A stretch of DNA of 62,109 nucleotides, filler included, from Choristocarpus tenellus KU-1152 (taxonomy: Eukaryota > Protista > Phaeophyceae), in the NCBI GenBank assembly GCA_964200185.2. It is 12 parts of 12 records of this genome, joined end to end, with 100 filler letters (N's around TTAATTAATTAA, not from the genome) between each part and the next. Parts side by side here need not be neighbours in the genome. Positions count along the whole stretch, not along the records: positions 49,138 to 54,446 come from CAXNAD020011199.1; positions 54,547 to 57,198 come from CAXNAD020025947.1; positions 57,299 to 62,109 come from CAXNAD020012967.1; 9 more parts are not named here. One strand, written 5' to 3'. Each line of letters starts with the position of its first letter. Positions within the stretch are counted from its first letter, which is position 1. The notes beneath the pieces are model-generated. The model was not told the origin of the DNA and searched no databases. It worked only from the letters and a program-made list of their open reading frames with translations. Of the stretch, positions 50,361 to 62,109 are shown piece by piece. Both the position numbers and the translations under genes were made by a program.

Positions 50361-51397
50361 TAACGAAACCAGCAAGGCATTTGTATGTTTTGTCCTCCTT
50401 CACATGTGCCTTGCATTCACCAAGAAAGGATCTGTTGATTGCACACAACACATTTGTTGTGGTGCCTCACGATTTTTTTTCTTTTTGAAAGTTCATTTTT
50501 AAGGGTAACGCAAACAAACAAATTTGAGAAAAGCTCAAGTGTGCGCGTGTGCCAGTGTCTGCATGTTGCTGTAAAAAAGACCACATTTTCCGGTACATTT
50601 TCCTCCTAGACCTCTAACTAGTTACTCTCGACTGCTACATACCACACTGTCTAACACATAATTTTGATGTACAGTAAGTAGAGCTCTATCTGTGTGTTAG
50701 AAAAAAACAAAAATATGAAGAAATAAGCCTAAGGTGTCACAACCCTGCAAAGGGGGTCACCATGATCTCTCATCTCATTGCCATCAGGAGGAGAAGATCT
50801 TACCAGCATGACAAAGCGTGTTACTCTATTGCAGCAGTCTATCTGTATAGTACTGTTTGATGCATCATAAGTTTGCTTGCGGGAAAACGCTGAATCCCCA
50901 CACATCTCCCAATAACTCACATTCTCACAAAGTCTAAACACACAACAGGAACAAACCCAACACACCAACCAATAAAGTTGAAGCTATGGCTTAGACATTA
51001 GGAGAACAGAATTTTAAAACCACTACACTGGATGTACACAAAACAGTCACATTAAAAAGATTATTGGCACAAATGACAAAAAGTGGACTTAGCGTAGCAC
51101 CACCTACAGATCATACCCCAACTCTCTTTGTCTGATCACCTGGTCGAAAGATTTCGGATAGTGTACACCATAGGGGTGAAGTTCATTTAATTGCTATCCT
51201 TTATATTTGAGTTCTAAAGCCCTGTGCCGGACAAGAAGCCAGTAACACTGCAATGTGAGGCAAAGGGGCAAGTCAATACGAAAATGCTCAGTAGGAGGCC
51301 ATCACCGTGCTACACGCTCACATATCAAGCTCCGCACCCAAAGATATGCAGGGAGGAGGACTGTGAAGGAGAAACTAACATCAAAAGCAAAACATAC

Positions 51398-52574
51398 CTA
51401 GCCCTCAGGGGTGGCTTCACAGTCTGGGGGATCCTGTGGACTAGCAGTCCTTTCTGCCTCTCCTTCCGGTTGATCTACTTCTTTTTGACATAACTGATGT
51501 GGCCAGTATACATCCTTTATCTCCTCGAGAAAGCAACACCATTCCACCCAACTCTCGCGGCGAACGTAGGAGAGAGGCGTGAAGCCACGCCGATCCTTCA
51601 CGCGAATCATATCTCGGTTCCGATCAAGAACGATTCGCACCAGCTCAAAGTAGGGTTGCGTGCCCCAGCACGCGTCGTGCAATGGCGTACGGCCTTGGTC
51701 ATCACAAACCATGAGCACCGCCCCGTTTTGGACCATGAAACGGACGATCTCGATCTCCCCCCTTCGCATTGCCATGTGCAATAAACTTTCCCCGAATTTG
51801 TTGCAAGCATTCATGTTGCGTCCAGCTTCTTTCAAGGACCGGAGAAGCACCATGTCACGCTTATGAATCACTCGCACAAACTCCTGTACAAAGTGTGTAG
51901 GCGTGGGCAAGCAAAAGAAATCTGTTGGCTTTTTGTTGGGGTGAAAAAGATTTCATGTCGTCGAGCACATATCGGAGTCAAGTTACGAGATTAGCATAAT
52001 GATTAGCATTGCTCTACCACAGTATGCTGTGGACAGATTAATGGCTGTCAACTGTCATAATTTCTCCACTACGCCTGACACTCACCATGTCGTAAGCCTT
52101 GGTCATATCCTCCGTCGGGACTGTCACGTATGCCGGACTTAGGGCAGGAAATGCCTCTGTTGGGTAACCTCTTTCGGCAAGTATTCTGACCAAAACCATC
52201 TCAGGGCTTATTCGCGTGCATCTCTGTCCTTCTCCTTTTCCAACCACTTGCTCATTACTAGTTGCATCTTCACCGATGGAGTCATTTCCCAAGTTCTTGT
52301 CACCTTTTCTTGTGTCCGCCACTTCGTTTGAAAGTACAGTTTTCCTCAATTCCTCACTCACTTCTGACGCAATCTTGGAGGGGTCAGAGTCTTGAGTATC
52401 AGTCACAGCATGCACCTCGCTTGGGGCACGACCTTGCACATAACGGGCACCCAAGGAGAGCTTTGGGGAAACACCTGGAGTTACTGTCGACAACTGTGCC
52501 TTGGCTTCGACTACTTGGTCACTACTAGGCTCTGCAGGCGGGGATTCTTCCTGGTGATCCCAGTACGAGCTCAT
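51398..52574 (-). CDS. Ankyrin-repeat protein (stramenopile CN.FGESLLHMA.RRG / DD.GRTPLHDACW family), 324 aa
   Basis: Two phase-0 exons, 52574-52086 and 51883-51398 (ATG|GTGAG ... CAG|GAG). Motifs ACNKFGESLLHMAMRRG, DDQGRTPLHDACW and DRRGFTPLSYVR..W.EW..FL. Confidence 0.9.
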
Positions 52575-53840
52575 CTACCCACACACCTACAATGTAGAGA
52601 AATGTCACGTCAGCAAAAAAGTAGGTGGGTGCTGGGTCGCCCACCAGAACTGCTCGTCCTAACCAATACTCAAGGTAGCAAGCCAGCCTTTCCCAGGGTC
52701 AGTTATACTGCGGTCGGATGGTGGAGTTGAGACAATGCTTTACAGGTGACTTTGGCGTAGAGGACAGATTCTTGTCAAGTGGTTGTCACATTTTTGGGTT
52801 GTCAGTAAATCGTATTGTTCGGGACAACGTGGGAACAAGACATCACCAAAGAACGACCAGGGAAAAACATTATTTTTCTATTTTTCTGTCTCAATTTATT
52901 TTTATATATTATTCTAGTGTTATATTGTGGTTGAAGTTGTATTTGGAAGTACATTCCAGTTCTTTATTATAGCAATTCAAATAGTTTCTCACTTCAGATT
53001 AAGATCTGAATCTTCACAGATATAGAACTTGAATTTATTTTGTTTTGCTCGTAATACGTGCAAAGTCGTTACTCTTGTTATCTCAACCCCCACTCACATC
53101 ATCGCACATTTCTTGTTATACGTGTTACATATATATAGTGTGATAGGCATCTTCCATCTAAGGTGTACCTTTAAAGTGACCTTCCTTAAGAATATGTATT
53201 TCTATTATTTTATTATTATGCCCTCTGACATTTTCTATTATTGTTGTGAATGAGAACAATTGAATTCCTCGAATTCCAACTCAATCGGAGTTCAATCGAG
53301 ACCAAAAATCTCGGGAACAATTTTTTTTGGGGGGGGTTGTTTCATTGAATGTTCGGAGGAGAGGACAAACACTGGGATACACACGATGACACAAGCATCT
53401 CTAGAACTGCATAATTTGTCATGAATGAATGTGATCAGGTACTCTCAAGATGGTGGGGGTGGGTACCTACACGAGTATGACATCAACCCAAATGCAGGAT
53501 GTGCCCGCGAAGGGTGATTGATGGGAAGGGAGGTGAGAGTGAGATGAAGACGAAGAATCTTCCATAAAGACAGACAATGAGTCATTAATGGTCAAGATGG
53601 GCCGCTTGCTGGAGGAGGACCATGGTATCATGACCCAACATTGCATAGATCTGCATTAGGAATGTGTGGGTGATACAACATTTAACAGGGAAAGGGTAAG
53701 TGGATCACCAACGACTTGGTATATATCTATATCCTGCATCACTTTCTTTCTTCAAGTCAACCCTAGACTTCCTGCACATCTCTTCCAAGCGATCCTTGCG
53801 CCGGCTGGATTTTGAATAGACACCAACAGCCCAGAGGTGA

Positions 53841-54021
53841 GGCTCATAGTACCTTGGGGGGGGCGACGACTGTTCATTCGCGCACATTTTTTCATGTCGC
53901 GATTTTTGTGTGATTTGGTTGTATGTTGTGTCGAATGGATAACGTAAGTGCACTTCTCCTTGTCAGGTCTCGAATGAACACCCTGGTGTAGACTCCCCCC
54001 TCCCCTCAGATACTTTGAGCC
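53841..54021. mobile_element. Tourist-like MITE, family A, complete copy
   Basis: 181 bp: GGCTCATAGTACCTTGGGGGGGG ... CCCCTCAGATACTTTGAGCC, with TGA on both sides (3-bp TSD). Confidence 0.82.
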
Positions 54022-57000
54022 TGATGCTATGGCATCATTCTGGATGACAACATTGGTCGCCCATAACATATGTTGACATTTGAGTGGGAGGAAAGGAGTT
54101 GGAAAAGGAATGTAAAACAGAAATTGGGATCGCTTGTAGGAGAAATGAGGTGTAGAAGTCGCCTGTGAAACCTGTTGACAAATACTGTAAGCAATAAATG
54201 TCATTCGTAGTGTTACATATGTGATGTATGTCATACACATCATTCCTTCTTCCTTCATATTTATTATTGTACCAAGGTCACCAACTAGGTTGAGCCAAAC
54301 CAATTGAAAGGTAGGCAAGTTTGGAACCTTGTGCATTCTAAGCCGTCTTTCTAACCCTGTGCAATGCATTCTAATGACCCAAAGTATCTGGGGGGGGGGG
54401 GGGGGGGGGGCCACCCAAAGGGCTCTCTCCCACCCCACAAACACAANNNNNNNNNNNNNNNNNNNNNNNNNNNNNNNNNNNNNNNNNNNNTTAATTAATT
54501 AANNNNNNNNNNNNNNNNNNNNNNNNNNNNNNNNNNNNNNNNNNNNTTTTGTTGTTTTTGTGGGTGTGGGTGGGGTTGGGGGGGGGGTGGGGGGGGGTGG
54601 GGGGGGGTGGGGGGGGGGGGGGGGGGGGGGGGGGTGAAGCGAGGGTTGTATGATTTGGCGTGATATGAATCTGTCTGCTAGGTAAAGCTGTAGTGTAACT
54701 CTCAGGTGTAACCGTCGTTGGGGAATTCTCCTTAGTTCATCATATTTGGCAACTTTGCATCTACTTATGGACGGACAGTCCCTCGAATGTTTACCAAATG
54801 GAAATTAAATTAAATTAATTAAGTGATACTTTCATCTCGGTAAATGTTTCGGAACTAGATTTCATTCAGGTGTGAGAGGAGATGAGTCTTCATTACCCCA
54901 CCATTCAGCCGATGACGGGTGTTTTCTTGTCACAAGCTGTTATGATACAATTTCCCCCTGTTTGTTGAAAATGTTGTGCAGGCGTCCAATGTTTACAACA
55001 CCTTTTAGATACTTGAACGTGCCCATAGTTTTTTTTTTGCTAAATAAAATCTGATTGATGCAGTAGCGATTTTCCATCCGATAGAAGGTGTGAACGCGAT
55101 TGACTTTGGTCGGCTCAGTAGAGTCCACTACCTGCTCCTGGCTCTGATTCCCAGACAACCTCAGAGTCTAATTAACGAAGAGATATATGTGGAGGGGTTT
55201 TCGTTTTTTTTTTCTAGTTTTTAGGGATTTTGACAACGTTGTTTATTGCAGACGATGAAGCCATTTAAAAAAAAAGGGTGTTGATGAGGATAAATTGTTT
55301 TTTTGCAAACTGGACGTATCACAAAAACAAACTCATTTTGTTCCACAGCTTGGGACTGAGAGGTCCAAAGCAGGTGCCACCAAGGGCGCCGGAGGGGCTC
55401 CAAAACCCACAGTGGTATCCCCCACTTGGTTACATTGACTCTCGCCTTCTTCAAGTGTTTACACGGTATCTCTTTTTGGATCATCTCTCGTTTTTTGTTT
55501 TCCATCTCATTTTAACGCACTTGACGTTCCTCTAGCCAAATGACTTCCACATATGGAATTACTCTATCACACAACAACGCCTTAACATTATCATTTCATA
55601 CGCACGCGCACACACACACACACACACACAAATGGTCGTACCTGCAAATCGTGACATGGATACAAACAAATAATTGTGGGGAAAAACGGTTCTTTGGTGG
55701 GGATTAACACCTCTAAATCAGGTACCCTTACTTGTCCGGGTTATCATCCCACCTTTGCCCCTTAATGGGTACTGCTTCTGGCGGTTCAACATTCACTGCA
55801 CTAGAAGCTGAGACAGAGACGACAAATGTCGTGGCAATAGCGATGAACCAGCTTGTCAAGGTGAGAAGGCACACATAGAAGCAGGCTTCTGGATTGCAAG
55901 AGATTCAGGATACAGGGTGATGACAAGAAGAATTTTTAGAAATAGGAGAGATTGAGGTGAAATCCCGTCCTATCGGCTCAACGTGATATACAGCGCTATC
56001 TGATTGGTGCAAATGTTCCTATTCATACCGCATCCACATCTTGCTATTGGGTGAGGTGGGAGTCAACCCAGTACAGTGTTTGTATGGATGAGACTTAGAG
56101 CTTGTAACCAAGCCCAAAAGTTTGTGGTCTACATTCGTCTCCTACTTCTTTTCTGGGAATAGATCAACCGACTGATGGTGTCAGTTGTCAGTTCGTGCAT
56201 TGAACCTTCCAATGATGTGGCTAACACGGATTGAAGGTGCTGCGAAAGATCTACAACCAGTCCTTGTTCCGCCTCTGGGCCGATTGGATCTTCCACGGGG
56301 CATCAGGCAACTTGGTACTCGTTGAGGTGAGAGACTGCTCTGAATAGTCTGTTTGGGTACTGGTTCCTCCAGTAGACTCTACTTCAATGCAATGTGAAGT
56401 GCTCTGAGTTTGTTTTATCACCCCGATATCTTTACACAAACAGTACCAGAGTTGTGCATATACAGTATGTGCATATATATCACCAACTTTGTACAAAAGG
56501 GAATCTCTTGCTCCATAATTAGATAGAGCAAGTTTCTCAAGTTGTGGACTGCTGGGCGGCTTTTCAAAGAAGAATATATTGTGTCATTGTGAGAAACGTA
56601 ACCGAATTTGATCTTCATCTACTCTCTTGATACTACCTTCACCCTGAAGCCTATTTACTCACCCTGGAATCCAATGCAATGATCATCCGGCTATATCTAT
56701 AAACACATCATGGTGGTCAGTCCCGTGTAAAAAAAAACTATCAAACCGTTCTGGCAGTCCAACTCATTAGCACAGATCTATGTGTTTTTCTTACAGGTGC
56801 ACGGGGCTAGGACTACAACAGATCTCAAGGCAATACAAGCTCCCAAACCCCCTCCTCAGTCACTTCTAAAATCGAAGGTATGTTCGCAATGGCCACTGGA
56901 GCAAGCATTCAAAAGGGTGGTGATGCTTGAGGCGCAAGGAATCTACATTCCTTTTGAAGTTTGTCCACTCCTGAGCTAATATCATAAATGCAGTAAGGTC

Positions 57001-58482
57001 AGATCCATTGCCTTTTTCCTCTCACTCTTGCTCCGTATCCTACGATGCAACGTTATGCGTTTTTTTGTTCGAAATGTCACATCTTGTTCTTAAGCATGTA
57101 TATATATTCTATTAGAAATATCAGATGAACATGTTATACTTACATGCTCTAGTAGGATCTGCAACAGGGTCAAAGTATCTTGGGGGGGGGGGTGTCGGNN
57201 NNNNNNNNNNNNNNNNNNNNNNNNNNNNNNNNNNNNNNNNNNTTAATTAATTAANNNNNNNNNNNNNNNNNNNNNNNNNNNNNNNNNNNNNNNNNNNNTA
57301 TTACATCAAAATCGCAATATTGGATTTTGACCCCAAATGGACGCGGCTCTACCCTCTAAGATACTTTGGGCTCATTATCGGTCAGGTTAGGTACGATAAC
57401 GATTAAGAACTGTAAGTGATGGTGTTTACTCTCGCTATTGATAGTATATCCTCCCACAGGACGAATCACATTGTGCGTGGAGGGTCATCAACAAGTTCCT
57501 TGCGACGATTAGACCCTTATTGGACACTTCAAAGCCAGGAATCCGCCAAGCACGGTCACAGCTTGCGGGTCGAAACAAAGAAGTCTTCCATAGAGTAGTT
57601 GACGCAATCTGATAGGCAAACACAACTTGCTACAACATAGTGACACCTGTGTATATGTCCACTCTACTGTAGAAGCCGAGCTCTGTAGAACTCTGCCTGT
57701 ACTCTGGAGTATGTGCTGCGGTTGAGATCATGTTGAGGTGCCAGGGGCAATTATACTCCTACTACAATAGTAATATTCTCGGTGTTGTAACTTGCAATAC
57801 CAACTTTCTATAGGGTCTGACTTGTCCTTGGCATCATGTTTCCCACACACACACATAACATGTATTTAGATATTGCCCTTTTATTGATTATGAATATTGA
57901 GCTTCTTTTCCAAACGTAGGCCAGGCAAAGAACCAAATTTGAATGAGTGAGAGTAGAACAATGTACCCTACAAATGGGCTTTCTAGTCCTTTCTCAAGGA
58001 TTCCTGGGACAATACCTAAGTCCCATTGCAAGTATCATGAGCGCACCTCTATCATCTCGGGTACTGAAAGTTCTTGATAGTGCAGAAGTGCGTGCGTGTG
58101 TGTGCACGTGCGTGTGACATTCAAGGTCATTCTTGTAGGGGATAGTGCAAGGTGGACAAATTGAGGATCAAGGGTAGTAGCCAATGACCCTAGGTCCTAC
58201 ATGTATCAATGAAACTGTGAATGCAAGGAACTGGACACAATCATCTCCTCCGTGCCTTGTTAGATTGTCTTCGTTTGTATGTACTCCATGTGGTATGATG
58301 TATATGGGGTACCACACTTGGAATCCCCTCCCAACAAACACAAAACTGTGGATAATAGGCAAGTGGTCGATCAATCACTGCTCAAATATTCGTCAGACCC
58401 AAGACCCCTCCAGCCCTGAAATCCCTAACATATAATCTCCTGTGACCACCCACCTGTTCCGGACTTGACATTTTCTCTACAG

Positions 58483-60146
58483 TGAGTGCACATGTTTTGG
58501 AATGACGCATCAGTACCGTGGCTTCCGCCAACCAGAGACAGCAAAGATATCAGATGAGGAAGCGCTCATGCACAAGAGCTCCGCAAACGTCCCTGTGTCT
58601 ACTTACGGACCATACCGTTCCGAGTATGGTCGCCTGACGGAGTTCCCCAACCTCCCACCACTCCTGGTGAGGAAAGCTATCGCCCATGGGATGCTGTGGA
58701 TGTCCCATTGCATATTCACGACTCCACTGTGGTGTTTTACCGTAGCATACTACCTTCCAACCCCTGTTTAGTGGTTCTCCCTGAACAATGACAATATCCG
58801 CTATATTGAAAAGTAAGCAAAAAATGTAACTCTGAAAGATGTTTGTGGACACCTTCTCCTACTCATAGCCTCAGGCATGGCCAAGTGACCATTTTGAAGC
58901 ACAAAATCCCACCTTCTCCATATCTACGGTGGCAAAACTTGTCCAAGAGCTCAGGGTCGATGATCTGCCAATCGGGCTTGCTTGTGAAATCTACTCTGAA
59001 TTCTTGACTTCTTAAACCGCTGCAGGTGATTGGTACAGGCGCTGGAGCTGGGCTGGTTCTAGACTTCATAGCATATGTAAAGAGCAACGGTCTCGTGTCA
59101 CATCATCCTGTGACCATTTGCTACTCTGCTGCAAGTCTTCCCCTATTGCAATTCGTGACCAATACGCTATTGGCAGAAAGGAACCCTAATTTCACGATTC
59201 GCACGGCCCTTACCCAGCATGAGGATATCCAGGTATATGTAGAGATATTTACGGCATTGACGATTTAATTTGTGCAGTGGAAATTCACGGAAACGTAGCA
59301 AAGGAAAGTCCGATTCGTTATACACTCTACACGGCTTCGAGTGTGATGGCAGGAGAGCACTCCGGTCGAGTAAGATTAGCTCAGGAGGAAAGGACAAAAG
59401 CAGTCTTTAGAGCTTCAACATCAATTTTCTTATCTGCTAACTAACTGGAGAATGTAGAGCTGGCAGGAAGGCACTTAGTCCGTTTTTTCTTGACTGATCT
59501 GGAGCCTCAATTTTGCGTATCTCACTGCTCATCGCCTGCCAGGAACTCCACTAAGAATGAACCAACTGAAGTCAGATAACCCCACTCTCTGTCTTACCGA
59601 AATCTATTACATCGACCCTCATCCACATCTCCATCTCTTGCGAAATATGCAGTTCCACGACTCCACAAACCCCGATAAAGCAGGGCAGCTGGCAATGGGT
59701 CGCTTAAACATGAAGGTGGGCAGCCATGGCTTGCAACAACGCTTGTTGTGTATTCAATCAATATTTGAGAGAAAAGATCAGGAATTTCGATCATGATATT
59801 GATTTTGGTACGCAAGAAAAAAATACTCAAATATGTAGTAGTGTATATGTAAGAATCCTCTCCGAACAAATGTAGTCATCAACATGTTCAAAAGTGTCTG
59901 TATTCCATAAGATGGTAGTCGCAACTATTTCTCCTTACTAGGTCACCGAGCGACAAAAACGTCTATGCTTAATGAGCTCTCCCTCAACCTTGCCTCTTGA
60001 CCATTTCCACCTTGCTGCAGGAAATAATCCAGGATGCAGACCCCAATACCGAGGTGTACTTCTGCGGTGCGGGTGGCATCAATAACGTTTTACGTTATCA
60101 GTGTGCCCTAAGGTGTATGAGATACACAGGTAGCGCAGTGCAGTAG
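58483..60146 (+). CDS. Ferric reductase / NADPH oxidase-like flavoprotein, C-terminal FAD/NAD(P)H-binding part
   Basis: Four phase-consistent exons: 58483-58666 (...VSTYGPYRSEY...PPLL), 59026-59232 (VIGTGAGAGLVLDF...VTICYS...), 59653-59715 (...MGRLNMK), 60021-60146 (EIIQ...EVYFCGAGGI...stop). GPY, a Gly-rich NAD loop, GR.N and VYFCG occur in the order typical of FNR-like/FRE domains. Upstream exons not resolved. Confidence 0.78.
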
Positions 60147-60830
60147 GAGTGTTTGGAGGTGCACGAACACTGTTTCTCGGTTGAGTGTCAATCAAGGCGA
60201 GCTGGTATGGGATAGCGGCTTGATGTTTTTGTCGTTAACGTCACCTTGTTCGAATCTTGACAGGTGACCATATTTCGCCTATGAAATCAAAGGTGAAAGT
60301 GCATTGTTCTGTATTTTTTGGGGCTAGACACGAAATATTGGTGTGTACCTGTAATGTCTTTGTTTGTGCCATTTGGTGGTAAAGGTGGTGGTCGCGTGTC
60401 GCTACATATATGTTTGTGTGGTTCTCCTGCCTGTATAAGGATGGAGTGTTAACGGGGGGGTGGAGGAAGGGGTAGGAGATTACTTAGGAACCACACGACG
60501 ATTGAAAACATAGGACAATGATGAGGGGAAGGATATTTTTGATTTTTTTATTTTGCATATGCTTGGTGCACGTCTACTTTGGAGCGAGGAACCGACGTAC
60601 ACTTGAAGTTCACGGTGTGCCCTTGTCGAATGACTTTCACGTGCATAGGACAAATGTCCCCCCAAATGTCCCCCATGTGTAGGGTTGCGTAAGTTTTTCA
60701 GTTTTTGGTCATGAATCTACTTGTCCGCGAGATGATGGGGATGGCGCAAGGATCTCTACAAGCATTTTTGACTGGATACTGTACCATTCTGCTATATATA
60801 TATATAATAATATAATATAATATATATATT

Positions 60831-62109
60831 CATTATTATTCCCTCTGACATTTTGGAGATGTGTCAGGGGGAAACTAATGAAAACTATATACACATTGTC
60901 AGTATAAGCCCTAAAGAAATAAAATGTCATGAATGTGAAAGACACTAATCCATTTGTTACATCACTATCTATATGTCGTAATACTACCTTCCTGTGTCTT
61001 CAATCTACCTATACCTGTGCCGCCCCGGGTGGAGGAGCTAGGGAGGCATCCGAAGAATCTCCAGTAAGCCCCTCCATGCCCATTTTCTTGGCGATTCCAC
61101 CTCAAGACGCACGACATGTCTGGACAGTTCCACTTGAGTAGTCACCGAGACAATTTGGCGTAGCCGGGATTTAACTACTCCTTTCCTGCTATAACCCCCA
61201 GCCCCTCGCTCCCCTACCATGTGAGTAGCCAGCTCATCCAGGAAGCATTCCGCTTGCTTGCCGACGCACCCAAACCTTTCTGCCACGAAGGTGTTGAGGT
61301 TACAACTACGAGGATCAAAAGAGCCCTCGTAGTGGGTGCACTTTCGCGGCTCGGCTGACGCAGCAGCTACACCATTGCTGGCGGATGAGTGGGTAAGGTG
61401 GGAGATTGCCTATACCTCCGCGTATGTGACACCAAGTAGGCCTTTGTCCCTGTAGGGGGCTGTTCCAGCGACCGCCAGTGCCCCTGCACGGAACACCAGA
61501 TCCATACGGAGTTTCCTGTCCACTGTGAAAGGGCTGCCGTCCTCTTTAGCGCAAGGGATGGCCATCCCCTTGCATAGTTGATGTAGGCGTTCACCGTTGG
61601 AGTGTGCTGTCGTACCTGTCCCCCTGCCCTGAGGCAGGTACGGGCATGTCTGGTATCAACATCTTGCCTCCTGCACCCTGCCACTGGACACCTGTTGGAT
61701 ACGACCTCCTCCCTCGCTAGGGATCTGCTGACTGTGAGCTTGAATTCCAGAGGGGTGATCTGGCATGCTTGTTGCAGAGGTTGAGTGAGGCCCACGCGTT
61801 TGCCTCTTGTCCACACTGGCTCCCATGGCGCGCTAGGGCCAATGAGGAGCTTTCCCGCCCTTGGTGTGCTTCACTAGGCAGGCTGGCCAGTTGTGTCCGG
61901 AAGGAGTCGAAACGGATCCTGTTCTGGAGGCATGTGATCTCGTGTTGGGCCCTTCTCGTGATCCTGGCGTCATGAGTCGCTAGGATATGTACCTCTGGGG
62001 TAGGTGCAGGAGATGTTGTTCCCTCCCAGGTTACCCAGTCTTGGCCAATGATTTCTACAAGATCTTCTGAGGGGACATCTGTGGAAAGGAGGGTGTGGAT
62101 GGTCAATCC
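60831..62109 (-). mobile_element. CRE-like non-LTR retrotransposon, 3' 1.3 kb (zinc knuckle, RLE, 3' UTR, stem-loop, AAT tail)
   Basis: CPVAGC....DTRHARTC...G..RQH (CCHC knuckle plus RH motif), PFTVDRKLRMDLV, RKCTHYEGSFDP, TFVAERFGCVGK, RLRQIVSVTTQV; frameshifted. The 3' end reads CCCTGACACATCTCCAAAATGTCAGAGGG followed by AATAATAAT. Confidence 0.85.

Noticed and set aside
55100-56420. Possible minus-strand exons (WFIAIATTFVVSVSASSAV..., SEVVWESEPGAGSGLY)
   Set aside because: Plausible splice sites exist, but I could not assemble a phase-consistent model or recognise a family.
1-62109. Fanzor/TnpB, Cas, giant-virus core genes, intact transposases, rRNA or tRNA genes
   Set aside because: No RuvC/zinc-ribbon ORF, capsid, polymerase or structural RNA signature was found by inspection; a profile search would be needed to exclude short remnants.

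Overview
Eukaryotic nuclear DNA, not a prokaryotic locus. The window is a pseudo-scaffold of 12 short contigs joined by an artificial 100-bp spacer (44 N + TTAATTAATTAA + 44 N), so adjacency across spacers has no biological meaning. Intron-rich GT-AG genes, a stramenopile-type ankyrin protein and abundant TTAGGG repeats suggest a stramenopile, probably a brown alga or close relative (inference). Genes reconstructed by hand from splice sites with matching phases: an SMC4 (condensin) fragment, a COPI-associated/TVP15-like membrane protein with an N-terminal NPF motif, a CRAL-TRIO/Sec14 fragment, a two-exon ankyrin-repeat gene, the 3' part of a ferric-reductase/NOX-like flavoprotein, and two long hypothetical ORFs. 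Much of the rest is repetitive: many 3' fragments of a CRE-like, RLE-encoding non-LTR retrotransposon ending in a conserved stem-loop; decayed Ty3/gypsy elements; several PIF/Harbinger (Tourist-like) MITE families sharing the terminus GRSYCAAAGT with 3-bp TSDs; a foldback MITE; and many mini- and microsatellites. The most unusual signal is dense short (TTAGGG/CCCTAA)2-4 tracts inside introns. They are built into the units of local tandem duplications, one of which amplifies an exon end plus its 5' splice site, and twice they sit where the branch point (CTAAC) is expected. No CRISPR array, rRNA, tRNA or intact transposase was found. All family assignments come from motif recognition by eye, not database searches.
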